From Macrostomum lignano (lineage: Eukaryota), in the NCBI GenBank assembly GCA_002269645.1, contig NIVC01000350.1, positions 310,001-374,000 on the forward strand: a stretch of 64,000 nucleotides of DNA, written 5' to 3'. Of this stretch, positions 26,430-38,000 are shown one piece after another. The position numbers and the translations under genes are program-made. Within the stretch, counting starts at the first letter, position 1; every line of letters starts with the position of its first letter. Below the pieces are notes generated by a model. That model had not been told where the DNA came from and did no database searches. It saw only the letters and a list, made by a program, of their open reading frames with translations.

Positions 26430-27035
26430 ACCATAACCCTAACCCTAACCATAACCCTAACCCTAACCCTAACCATAACCCTAGCCATAACCCTAATCAT
26501 AACCCTAACCATAACCCTAATCATAACCCTAACCATAACCCTAACCATAACCCTAACCATAACCCTAATCATAACCCTAACCATAACCCTAACCATAACC
26601 CTAGCCATAACCCTAGCCATAACCCTAATCATAACCCTAACCATAACCCTAACCATAACCCTAATCATAACCCTAACCATAACCCTAATCATAACCCTAA
26701 CCATAACCCTAACCATAACCCTAACCATAACCCTAATCATAACCCTAACCATAACCCTAACCATAACCCTAGCCATAACCCTAGCCATAACCCTAATCAT
26801 AACCCTAACCATAACCCTAACCATAACCCTAATCATAACCCTAACCATAACCCTAATCATAACCCTAACCATAACCCTAACCATAACCCTAACCATAACC
26901 CTAACCATAACCCTAACCATAACCCTAATCATAACCCTAACCATAACCCTAACCATAACCCTAATCATAACCCTAACCATAACCCTAACCATAACCCTAA
27001 CCATAACCCTAACCATAACCCTAACCATAACCTAA
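26430..27035. repeat. Telomere-like 12-mer array (CCCTAA alternating with CCATAA/TCATAA)
   Basis: CCATAACCCTAA, about 50 units; minus strand reads TTAGGG-TTATGG. Confidence 0.93.
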
Positions 27036-27429
27036 GTTGGTTAAATATGAGCTAGATACACCAATCGATACATCGAGGCTAGTGTTAGTGGCACGAGCTG
27101 CATATTCACTTATCAGAACTACTCGTACCACTTACCGATAGATGAAATTCGGAACACTTTGAGCTTGTGTGCCCTCTTGACCAGTTTCCAGTCCAGATGT
27201 CTAGAACTGTAGTACTCCATGGCTGGGAGGGGAGATGGGGAGCTTATCCAGCTGCCTCAGCAGCATCAGTTGGTTAGGATTAATAAATTGTTGAGCTGCA
27301 TGCCTGCTGAATAGCAAAGTGAAACACAAAAAACTCTTTCTGAGCGGTCATTCCGGTGAGTCTTCAGCTGTTCACTCATGCTCTCGTATCATACTTTTCT
27401 CTGCTATTGTCTTCTTGTGTTAAACGCGC

Positions 27430-27720
27430 ATTTTCATGTTCTCGTAATGTTCAATAGGGATGCTCTTATGTTCTCGTAATGTTCAATAAGGATGCTTTCA
27501 TGTTCTCGTAATGTTTTAAATGGATGCTCTTATGTTCTCGTAATGTTCAATAAGGATGCTCTTATGTTCTCGTAATGTTCAATAAGGATGCTTTCATGTT
27601 CTCGTAATGTTTTAAATGGATGCTTTCATGTTCTCGTAATGTTCAATATGGATGCTTTCATGTTCTCGTAAATGTTTATATGAATACTTTTTGTGTTAGC
27701 TTTCAATACGGATGCTTTCA
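27430..27720. repeat. About 32-bp AT-rich minisatellite (TGCTCTTATGTTCTCGTAATGTTCAATAAGGA)
   Basis: About 8 units, lying between the donor GTGAGT at 27356 and the acceptor near 27740. Confidence 0.88.
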
Positions 27721-27765
27721 AAACCTGGAATTCAAACAGCAGAAAAGCTCTCGGGCAAAGCAGGC

Positions 27766-28482
27766 ATGGCCTCAACCGCATCAACTGGTAACCCGGGAGG
27801 TGCCAGCAGTGGCCAGCAGCAGCAGAAGCCTCAGCAGAAGCCAAGGCCACAGCTGCAGCACCGGACCAGCAGCCTCTCCAAAGCCGGAACCAACGGGAAG
27901 CTGCTGCCCGCCATTTCCTCGTCAGGCGAGGGCGGCGCCGCCGCAGATGGCGAAAGAGCGCCGCAGGAGAACAGCAAAAACGGAAGTGGGCGGCCGCCAG
28001 CCGAGATCTACAACCCGTTCGTGAACAGGCGGCTGGTTGCCATCGAACGCCACGTTGGCGGCCTCGGCAAAGCGACGGACGCCGTCCGAGCGGAGGCGGC
28101 CAAAGCGGCCAAAGTGACGGCGAGGCTGGAAAAAATTGATAGCGAAATCCCGGACGCCCGCCTGCGGCTGGCCCGGCTGGCCAAGCTTGACGGGAAACAA
28201 ACGGAAGCTAAACCGGAAGCTAAACCGGAAGCTAAATCGGAAGATAATCCGGAAGTTCAATCGGAAGCCAATACTGCAGACAAACCGGATGCAGAGCAAT
28301 TATCGCAGTTTATCTCTCGTTTATCCGCAGCCGAGGCAGCCACCCGGCTGCTGTCGGAACGTCTGACAGCGCTAGCGGATCTGGCCACCTCCCCGGGGAA
28401 GCTGGAGATGGAGCAGCAGAACCTGGTGAGGCAGCGAATTCTAGCCAAGAAAAAGGCCCGCAATGCGCAGCGCCGGCCATGA
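27766..28482 (+). CDS. Orphan coiled-coil protein, about 238 aa
   Basis: Open GC-rich frame MASTAST...EIYNPFVNRRLVAIERHVGGL...QFISRLSAAEAATRLLSERLTALADL; probable 5' UTR intron 27356 to about 27740. Confidence 0.62.
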   Translation: MASTASTGNPGGASSGQQQQKPQQKPRPQLQHRTSSLSKAGTNGKLLPAISSSGEGGAAADGERAPQENSKNGSGRPPAEIYNPFVNRRLVAIERHVGGLGKATDAVRAEAAKAAKVTARLEKIDSEIPDARLRLARLAKLDGKQTEAKPEAKPEAKSEDNPEVQSEANTADKPDAEQLSQFISRLSAAEAATRLLSERLTALADLATSPGKLEMEQQNLVRQRILAKKKARNAQRRP

Positions 28483-28805
28483 ACTGAGCGGCAGCAGCAG
28501 ATGACCAACTCAAATACAAAATCTGCTTACTTTAAATTTGAATTCGGCCGTCAAAAATCTTAAATCTACGTACAACTAATCTACCCTGGATGCCCAGCTA
28601 TACAAGCTTTGTTTAAATGTTCCCCAAAATGAACGGACGTTTTTGTTATCTTTTAATAAAGTAATTAATAAAACTGAGGGCCATAAATAAAGCAACTTGA
28701 GTATTGAACTTGAAATATTCCAAACCCTATCATCCCAAAGACCCTAGCCCCATACCACAGAGGCTATTCCAGACAATCCATGGACATCTGAAGTAGAAGG
28801 CCAGA

Positions 28806-29013
28806 CGCTACACTCGATTCTCTTAGAAATACGCTGGAGGCCGGCAAGGAACACATGTTTGTCGTATCACCTGTAGATTTATATAGAAACCGATTTTGTC
28901 TATGGCAAAACCCCATTCTCTAGATGTAGCAAAAGAATTCACTAGCGATACGAATAAACGTTACCATATCGGCCTCCATGCAGCTCATTTCGAAGAAAAT
29001 CGAGTGTACGGCG
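28806..29013. mobile_element. Short inverted-repeat element (MITE-like), family shared with 46302-46553
   Basis: TACACTCGATT(C/T)TCTT(A/C)GAAAT... inverted at both ends; internal CGATTTTGTCTATGG and TTCTCTAGATGTAG also occur, reversed, in the 46.3 kb copy. Confidence 0.7.
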
Positions 29014-31369
29014 TGTATTTCTTCTTCAGTTGCTTGAATCTACCAAAAACTCTACTCCGAACCCTACCCGAATTACCCAAAGCTCGATCTACTATACCCC
29101 TAACTCTATCGAAGCTCTGCCCCAACCCAATCTTTACTCTAAACTGAAACCTACCGACCGAAGTCCACCCTCATCGGACCTTAACACTATTCCCGAACCA
29201 TTTTTTAAAAATCCATATAATATAACCCGAATTCAAACATGGTAGGGCTCCGAATATCACGACGAAATTTCATTACTAATACATCCTATTGAAATTAATA
29301 ATTTCAAGAATGTTCCGAGTTCTGTACGAAATGATCTTTACTGATAGCTACCCGATAAAAATTAATAATTCGTTTAGAAATTTGTTTTAATGCACCGGAA
29401 ATTCGGTATAAGATACGCGCACACGAAATTTCAATCTCGCGTTCGCCCGGACCCCCGGTTTGGCCCCGGTTTCGTATTGGCTCATGTTTAGCCCGGTCTC
29501 TTGTGTTTGAAGAGTAGACAGCTACTTAGGGTAGAATAAAAAACTATCGAGCGTTAAGAATAGCCTTAGCCTTAGTAGCTTAGACCCATTTCCTCTAGCT
29601 ACCGCAGATCTAAGTTATTTAGGATAAGTGTCGCCGGAAATAGGGCCTGCAGTTCTGACTAGACAATTTAAGAGTTCGGGGACAATTAGCCCATTAGGAA
29701 TTGTGTCAGACGCCGAGTCATTCCCGGTTAAAAGTCCGGAGACGTTTAGCCTACTTTTGAATAAACAGGTAGTGATCGAGTCACGGCGAGGCATTTATCC
29801 TGTCTCCGCTTAGAGTTCAGGCAAGATAATTAGCCGATTTTCCAGGTCTTTGTCAGGTCTGTTCTTTTTCCAAAATTCCAGTTTAGGCCAGGAGCCTCTA
29901 CTCGTAGTACGAAGTCAAAAATATTTTAAACCTTTACATTTGGTGGCATTAGGTCGGATTTAAAGCCGGAACGTCACCATCCTTTTACGAGCTACCCCCG
30001 TTACAATTGTTGAGCAGCGGTGAAATTCCGATTCCGTTTGCGAGTTGGAGACTTTTTTACAATTGGTGGTATAGCAAGGGTGGGATTTTAAGTTCCTGTT
30101 TACCCACCGACTTTGAGGTCTAAAATAAATACAATTTATCAGTTTAATTGTTTTATTTTTATTTTTCAATTTCATTTATTAACTTACTTCCTAATTTAGT
30201 CCCTTAGTTTCATTTTTTATAATTAATTTATTTTTTATTTAATTTCCTAATTTCCTTTCTTTGTTTTATTTTGTTGATTTGATTTTTTAATTTCATTTTT
30301 AATTTGCTTTATTTATTTCTTGATTTCATTTTCAAGTCCTGGTTCGTTTGTTTTTGAATAATTGTTACTACTAACTTGCCGGCTTTAGTTTTACGCAAAG
30401 TAAAAAAATGTAAATAATCAAACAAAAAGTCAAAGGGTTAAATTCCTTAGGACTGTAGAGTAGGGACTGCAGGCAATATTTGCTTGTATATTAAGCGTAC
30501 GGAGTCGCTCTGTTTAGCTTAAAATCGTATTGGTTATTGGCTACTAAAAGAAAACAAAAAACGAAAATAATCCAAACTTAAAACGGAGGCTGAGTTACAC
30601 ACAAATTGAGAAGAATATACTGTAGCTAATAAGCTAAGTCTAAAATGCTTGGAATTGAATATTTTATAACGACTTGTTTTGGCGTGAAATGGTGCAACAG
30701 AAAGCTGATACAAACTATTTTTGGGAAGAAATTCAATATAAAAGTTATACTACTCTACTAAAAGTAGCCATAGAAGCTAACTAGCTATGGCGCTATGGGC
30801 TATTTTTTGGCTTGGGTAGTAAAATTTAAAATGAAAGCAAGTCTGACGAGCAATTAACTGCAAAATATAAAACGCATGCACCCAGTGATTCGAATGGGTT
30901 TTACAAAATAATACAGCAATTAAGTAGAAATTTTTATCACAAACCAATGCTGGATAGACGAAAAATTGTAATAGCATTTCACGTTCCACATTTGTTGTCA
31001 TGGCGACTAAAATTAGCTGAAATTATTTAAGGCTAGCTTGACCGGTCGCCAACCCTCGACTTTGAGAGCAAATTCCAGGAAAATAAAATAATTTTTAAAA
31101 ATTAAAGCAAAGCGACAATGGGCGACGAGAAATTTTTTTAGAAATGATGGCATATTGCTAAATTCTGACGTCAAGCTGATAATTGGCCACTGATAGTAAT
31201 AAATGCGATTGAATTGTCTCCGGAGTGAAGCCAGTTATAAAAAGTACCTGCGTCTAATTGACTGGCATTGAGAAAAGAGAATTTGAAAAAGGAAATAAAA
31301 TCGCTGCTCCCCTTCCCTCTCACCAGCTGCGTACTGTCCGAAAAAAATGAATTATTTATCTCTGAAGAC

Positions 31370-32797
31370 TCACTGGCAGACTTCGTTCCACCGCTGGGCG
31401 CCCACGAACTCCAGGCCGGGCACCGGCGCCTGCGGCTCCGCGTGGAAAATCGCCGGAAAATGGAAGCCTCCGGGCGGCGGGCACGGCACCTGAGCGCCGC
31501 CGCCGCCGCTGCCGTAGCCACCAATGCCGTTGGAAATGCCGCCTCCACCGCTGCCACCGCCGCGAGATGCAGCGGCTGCGGCCGCGGCCACCGCCGCAGC
31601 GTGCAAGGCGTAGGGGCTCATCAGGCAGTCGGCCGGGGCGGCTGGACCGCCGAACATCGCTGGCGGCATGGCGGCGTGCGGCATCGGATAGGCGAAGCCG
31701 CCTCCGCCGCCGAGCTGCTGCTGCTGCTGCTGCTGTTGCTGCTGATGATGCAGATGATGCTGCAGTGGGTGCGGGTGGCCGTAGTACGCGGCAGCCGGGT
31801 AGTACACTGGCGGCTGCTGCGGCGGAGGTGCCTGCTGGTGGTGGCTCACCTGCTGCGACGGCTGCGGCTGCGGCGGCTGCGGCTGCTGAGACGTCCCGCC
31901 GTTCAAATTCGCTGCGGCCGCAGCGGCGGCGGCGGCGGCTGCGGCGGCGGACTGGCCAGCGGCGGCCAGTTTGATGGCGGCAGCGGCGCCTGGCGAGAAC
32001 GGCGAGCCGGTGAACTTCTGCTGCTCCTGCTTGGCCTTCACCTTGGACATCTCCTCCTTGCTGAGCGCCTTCTTCACGTCGGCCCGCGAGGAACCGATGC
32101 TGTGCGGCTTGTACAGGATGCACTTGTCCACGGGGTCGTAGTCGTCGAATGTGACAAAGCCGAAGCCGCGACTCTCGCCAGTTTCCTTCCAGGTCATGAC
32201 CTCGGCCTCTTCCACGTTGCCGAACTGGCCAAAGTAGTCGCGCAGGTCTTCCGAGGTCACATCCTTCTTCAGCGCGCCAACGAAGAGCTTCTTGACGGTC
32301 ATGTGCGCCTCCGGCTTGTCAGAATCTTCGCGCGGCATCGCCCGCTTCGTCTCCACCTGCTTGCCGCCCAGCACATGCGGCCTGGCAGCCTGCGCGGCGT
32401 CCACCATCTCGGGCTCGCGGTAGGTGACAAAGCCGAACCCGCGCGACCGGCCAGTCTTGTTGTCCTTCATCACCACGACGTCCGTGATTTCGCCGAAGTC
32501 GGCGAAGAATTCGTTCAGCTGGTCGTCGCTGACGAAAGGCGCCAGGCCGCCGACGAAGAGCTTACGAAGCTGCTCGGATCGGCGACGCTCTTCGTCCACC
32601 TGCTGGAAGCAGACCGTGGCGCTGCCGGCGCTGCCGCTGGTGCCACCGACGGCCCCGGACGCGCCGCCTCCGCCGCTTCCGCTTCCGCTGCCGCCCCCGC
32701 CGCCGGCTGCACCGCTGCCGCTGTGACTGTCGCTTGAATCGCCGCGAATCTGGCTGATGTCGCTTAACGATGAAGTCGACGCTGGACTGGCGGTCAT
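31370..32797 (-). CDS. hnRNP A1/A2-family RNA-binding protein with two RRMs, single coding exon, 475 aa
   Basis: RNP2 KLFVGGL and KLFVGAL; RNP1 RGFGFVTY and RGFGFVTF; linker VETKRAMPREDS...AHMTVKK characteristic of hnRNP A1/Hrb98DE; low-complexity Q/P/H/A/G tail. Confidence 0.92.
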   Translation of the reverse strand: MTASPASTSSLSDISQIRGDSSDSHSGSGAAGGGGGSGSGSGGGGASGAVGGTSGSAGSATVCFQQVDEERRRSEQLRKLFVGGLAPFVSDDQLNEFFADFGEITDVVVMKDNKTGRSRGFGFVTYREPEMVDAAQAARPHVLGGKQVETKRAMPREDSDKPEAHMTVKKLFVGALKKDVTSEDLRDYFGQFGNVEEAEVMTWKETGESRGFGFVTFDDYDPVDKCILYKPHSIGSSRADVKKALSKEEMSKVKAKQEQQKFTGSPFSPGAAAAIKLAAAGQSAAAAAAAAAAAAANLNGGTSQQPQPPQPQPSQQVSHHQQAPPPQQPPVYYPAAAYYGHPHPLQHHLHHQQQQQQQQQQLGGGGGFAYPMPHAAMPPAMFGGPAAPADCLMSPYALHAAAVAAAAAAASRGGGSGGGGISNGIGGYGSGGGGAQVPCPPPGGFHFPAIFHAEPQAPVPGLEFVGAQRWNEVCQ

Positions 32798-33414
32798 CTT
32801 GCTTTGAAGTCAAGTAAGATTGTCGATTCCAAAAAGTAGTAAACAAATTCTGCGCTCAGCTCAGGCAACTTGAAGATAACGGCAAGGCTCGAATGCGTAG
32901 GTACAATTTAAGGCCCCTAATTAGCAGCGAAATTTTGCCTAGGAATGGAAGAGTTGCCTTGCGTTGAAGATGAAACACTAAAACTGCGATTGCTAGCTAG
33001 GGGCTTGAGGAGGGCTCTGAGCTGCTGCCTGGCACTGGGGGCTTTGGCTCGCTAGTAGAGTTCTGCTTGGGCCCTTTCGCCGGCGGACCGCCGCTAGTTC
33101 AGCCATAGACTATGGGAGCGACAGGCTGCGAGCAAGATGTCTAAGGCCTGCTTTGTTTGTTGGCTCGGACTTGGCTTAAAGCTCGACGCAAGAAGCCGCC
33201 CATTCTTGCACTTTTCCCGAATTTTGAGCGGGTGGCTTGGCTTGCGAAATGGCATTGACTCTTGCGCCAGAATTGCTTTTGCGTCAGTCAAGTTAAAGTG
33301 CGTCTTGAACTTTAATGCATATTCTTATCTGCAGTGCAGTCTGTCTGTGCAAAGTCTTGCATAAATTTGAAGCTATAGTTTAGTCTCACGTTGTACTTCT
33401 CTGGCAAGTACAAG

Positions 33415-34335
33415 TTGTAATTCACATCTTTGGCAACTTCTCATTCACATCTTTCGCAACTTCTCATTCACATCTTTTGCAACTTCTCATTCACATCTTT
33501 GGGAACTCATTATTCATATCTTTGGCAACTTCTCATTCACATCTTTGGGAACTCATTATTCATATCTTTGGCAACTTCTCATTCACATCTTTGGGAACTC
33601 ATTATTCACATCTTTCGCAACTTCTCATTCACATCTTTGGGAACTCATTATTCATATCTTTGGCAACTTCTCATTCACATCTTTGGGAACTCATTATTCA
33701 TATCTTTGGCAACTTGTAATTCACATCTTTGGCAACTCATTATTCAAATCTTTGGCAACTCATTATTCACATCTCTGGCAACTTCTCATTCACATCTTTG
33801 GGAACTCATTATTCACATCTTTGGGAACTTCTCATTCACATCTTTGGGAACTCATTATTCACATCTTTGGCAACTCATTATTCAAATCTTTGGCAACTCA
33901 TTATTCACATCTCTGGCAACTTCTCATTCACATCTTTGGGAACTCATTATTCACATCTTTGGCAACTTCTCATTCACATCTTTGGCAACTGATTATTCAC
34001 ATCTTTGGCAACTCATTATTCATATATTTGGCAACTCATTATTCACATCTCTGGCAACTTCTCATTCACATCTTTGGGAACTCATTATTCACATCTTTGG
34101 CAACTTCTCATTCACATCTTTGGGAACTCATTATTCACATCTTTGGCAACTTCTCATTCACATCTTTGGGAACTCATTATTCACATCTTTGGGAACTCAT
34201 TATTCACATATTTGGCAACTCATTATTCACATCTTTGGCAACTCAGTATTCACATATTTGGGAACTCATTATTCACATATTTGGGAACTCATTATTCACA
34301 TCTTTGGGAACTCATTATTCACATCTTTGGCAACT
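33415..34335. repeat. 23-bp minisatellite with two variants (TTTGGCAACTCATTATTCACATC / TTTGGCAACTTCTCATTCACATC)
   Basis: About 40 units. Confidence 0.95.
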
Positions 34336-35032
34336 CCTTTTCCCAACTTAGCACAAAATCACTATCAGAATACGAGTACTGATCAGCGATCAGTATTCAC
34401 AAAAAAATTGTTAGAGTTCTACCGAAAACGAAAAAATACTCGTAGCTGAGCTATTTTACCTGTAAGGTAATCAAATGAATCAAAGTAGTCATGTATTTAT
34501 GCTTTGTTTCTGAGAAAATACAAGTACATTATAAAACTAGCAATCGAGTGACTCGAAATAAAGAACTAAAATTAATAAAAATTGTGATCAACTTCTTTAT
34601 TTCCAGTCGCAACATCAAAGCAACTTATTAGATTAGATCGAGAGTCGAATCCAGCTCTTCATAATCGTGCAACGATTAGTTAGTTACAAAGGCCGGGTCA
34701 CTTATTTGCATTATTTCTTGTCTGAAACTGTCTGGTTGAAAAACAATGCGATTACTCATCATTGAATCCTCAATTAGGAAGTCAGGGCCGATGTTACATC
34801 CTGTGTGAGCGTGTGTATGAGTGCGTGTCTGTGTAAAAAGTCAGCAAAATGGGCAGAATTGGTTGTGGGACAATGTCACCGAAATTATCGCAATAGAATA
34901 TTGGCTGCCGCATATGGGAGGCAGCGGGCCACGCGCGTGTCAATTCCTGTTTGTCTGAACTTGTTTATTAGAAGTGCAATTTCTAAGAAAAATAGCCTTT
35001 CGAAAATTGTAGGGTGCTGCATCAGCGTGGCT

Positions 35033-38000
35033 TCACTGCTTCCTTGCACACGGCGGCGGGTTCAGTTGAGCGAATACGTTTGTCTCAAATAGCACGGATA
35101 CAGTGATGAAGAGCAGGTATAGCAGTAGGCAGGCTAGGCCCAGCTTCTTGTCCAGCTTCATCTTATTGGCGTACACGGATGTGAGCAGCAGCAGCACGGT
35201 GGACAGCAGCACCACTGATGAGTAGGTCAGGCCGGCCGAACTGATTGACACCGCGCCGCCCGGACTGCTGCGAACTGCCACGCCGATGAACCAGGGCAGC
35301 CCGAGGCCCAGCAGGATGTCGAATACGTTGCTGCCGACGCTGTTGGACACCGCCATGTCTCCAAAGCCTGCGGGCAAGTGTTGTATTTTAATAGAGGTTC
35401 CTGATGAAGCAATGCTCAATTGAGAGCAAGAAAGAAATTCATGAGAATTTTTATAAAAAAACTCATTAAGAGGATTTGGGAAGATGAACATTCAAAAAAG
35501 GGAGAATTCGGGAAGGGGAATATTCGTGAGAGGGAAGATTCGGGAAGGGGAAGATTCGTGAGAGGGAAGATTCGGGAAGGGGAAGATTCGGGAAGGGGAA
35601 GATTCGGGAAGTGGAAGATTCGGGAAGGGGAGGATTTGGGGAGTGGAAGATTCGGGGAGGGGAAGATTCGGGAAGGGGAAGATTCGGGAAGGGGAGGATT
35701 CGTGAGAGAGAAGATTCGGGGAGGGAGGATTCGGGAACGGGAAGATTCGGGAAGGGGAAGATTCGGGAAGGGGATAATTCGGGAAGGGGAAGATTCGGGA
35801 AGGGGAAGATTCGGGAAGGGAAGATTCGGGAAGGGGAAGATTCGGGAAGGGGAGGATTCGTGAGAGGGAAGATTCAGGAAGGGGAAGATTCGGGAAGGGG
35901 AGGATTCGGGAAGGGGAGGATTCGGGAAGGGGAGGATTTGGGAAGTGGAAGATTCGGGGAGGGGAGGATTCGGGAAGGGGAGGATTTGGGAAGTAGAAGA
36001 TTCGGGAAGGGGAGGATTTGGGAAGTAGAAGATTCGGGAAGGGGAGGATTTGGGAAGGGGAGGATTCGGGAAGGGGAAGATTCGGGTAGTGGAAGATTCG
36101 GGAAGGGGAGGATTTGGGGAGTGGAAGATTCGGGGAGGGGAAGATTCGGGAAGGGGAGGATTCGTGAGAGAGAAGATTCGGGGAGGGGAGGATTCGGGAA
36201 CGGGAAGATTCGGGAAGGGGAGGATTTGGGAAGGGGAAGATTCGGGAAGGGGAAGATTCGGGAAGTGGAAGATTCGGGAAGGGGAAGATTCGGGAAGGGG
36301 AAAATTCGGGAAGGGGAGGATTTGGGAAGGGGAGGATTCGGGAAGGGGAAGATTCGGGAAGGGGAAGATTCGGGAAGGGGAAGATTCGGGAAGGGGAGGA
36401 TTCGGGAAGGGGAAGATTCGGGAAGGGGAGGATTCGGGAAGGGGAAAATTCGGGAAGGGGAGGATTCGGGAAGGGGAGGATTCGGGAAGGGGAGGATTTG
36501 GGAAGGGGAGGATTCGGGAAGGGGAAGATTCGGGAAGGGGAGGATTCGGGAAGGGGAAGATTCTGGAAGGGGAAGATTCGGGGAGGGGAAGATTCGGGGA
36601 GGGGAAGATTCGGGAAGGGGAAGATTTGGAAAAGGGAAGAATATGAGGGTAGCTCGTAAGACTCGCCGAGGGAAAGACTTGGTATTCGAGGGATTTGGGG
36701 CGGATTCGGGGGAGATAGAAATGCACTCTTACCATCCCTAGCAACGAACACACTGGCCAGGGCATCCGGGACAGATGTACCGGCTGCCAGTATGGTGAGC
36801 CCCATCACTGTATCCGGTATGCCCAGGGTGTCGCCTGAAATTCACAATGGACGCGTCATTATTAAAGCGAGTCTGTTGTTGTTTTTAGGTGATTATCAGT
36901 CTGATTATCGGAGTTAGTTACCTGATGTTTGCAGGTGATTATCAGAGTTATTGATTATCGAGGTGGTTATCAAGATGATAATCAAAGTGAGTATTAGGGT
37001 GAGTATCAAAGTGATTATTATGGTCATTAGAAAGAGAATCACCAAGGTGATTACCAAAGTGAGTCATCAAGGTGATTATTATAGTGATAATCAATTATCA
37101 GGGTGATTATCAAGGTGAGTCATCAAGGTGATTATTATAGTGATAATCAATTATCAGGGTGATTATCAAGGTGAGTCATCAAGGTGATTATTATAGTGAT
37201 AATCAATTATCAGGGTGATTATCAAGGTGAGTCATCAAGGTGATTATTATAGTGATAATCAATTATCAGGGTGATTATCAAGGTGAGTCATCAAGGTGAT
37301 TATTATAGTGATAATCAATTATCAGTTTGATTATCAAGGTGAGTCATCAAGGTGATTATTATAGTGATAATCAATTATCAGTTTGATTATCAAGGTGAGT
37401 CATCAAGGTGATTATTATAGTGATAATCAATTATCAGTGTGATTATCCAGGTGATTCGCACCTATCGTGCAGACCATCCACACCAGCAAGTAGCTCATCC
37501 CACCAATCCACAGGATGCTGTTCAGCAGAGTCAGGAAGAACATCTGCCTCCAGCGGCCGGGCCTCCGACAATCCGGAATGGTTGCCATGAACAGCAGCGT
37601 CCATGGCAACGTGGCGCACCAGTACGCTCGATGGAGCCACCCGCTGGGAAACTCCAGCGGAGATTCGTAGCCTGGAGTTGTTCGCGCTCTGGTCACTCAA
37701 CGATTTATGCAGTCTTGTCACTACTTAATCACGATCACAGCTTCTTGTCACTACCTAATCACGATCACACCTTTCTTGTCACCATCTAATTTCGATTGCG
37801 CCTTTCTTGTCACTCCCAATTCAACCCAGCTGCCTTATAACTCTGAATGCAAATACATAGTCCTCTAGGCCTCTCTTGTCACTCCCTAATCATGATCAAG
37901 GCTCTCTTCTTGTCAATCCCTAATCATGATCAGGGTTCTCTTCTTGTCTAATCATGATCAGGGTTCTCTCCTTGTCACTCCCTAATCATGATTAGGGCTC

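Noticed and set aside
26339-27035. MVRV/TITL repeat ORFs, and a true chromosome end
   Set aside because: 12-bp repeat translations; the array is interstitial, with unique sequence on both sides.
31268-32737. 489-aa plus-strand ORF
   Set aside because: Antisense shadow of the GC3-rich hnRNP gene.
35611-36741. RG/GR-rich ORF resembling an RGG protein
   Set aside because: 16-bp repeat inside an NCKX intron on the opposite strand, open in most frames.
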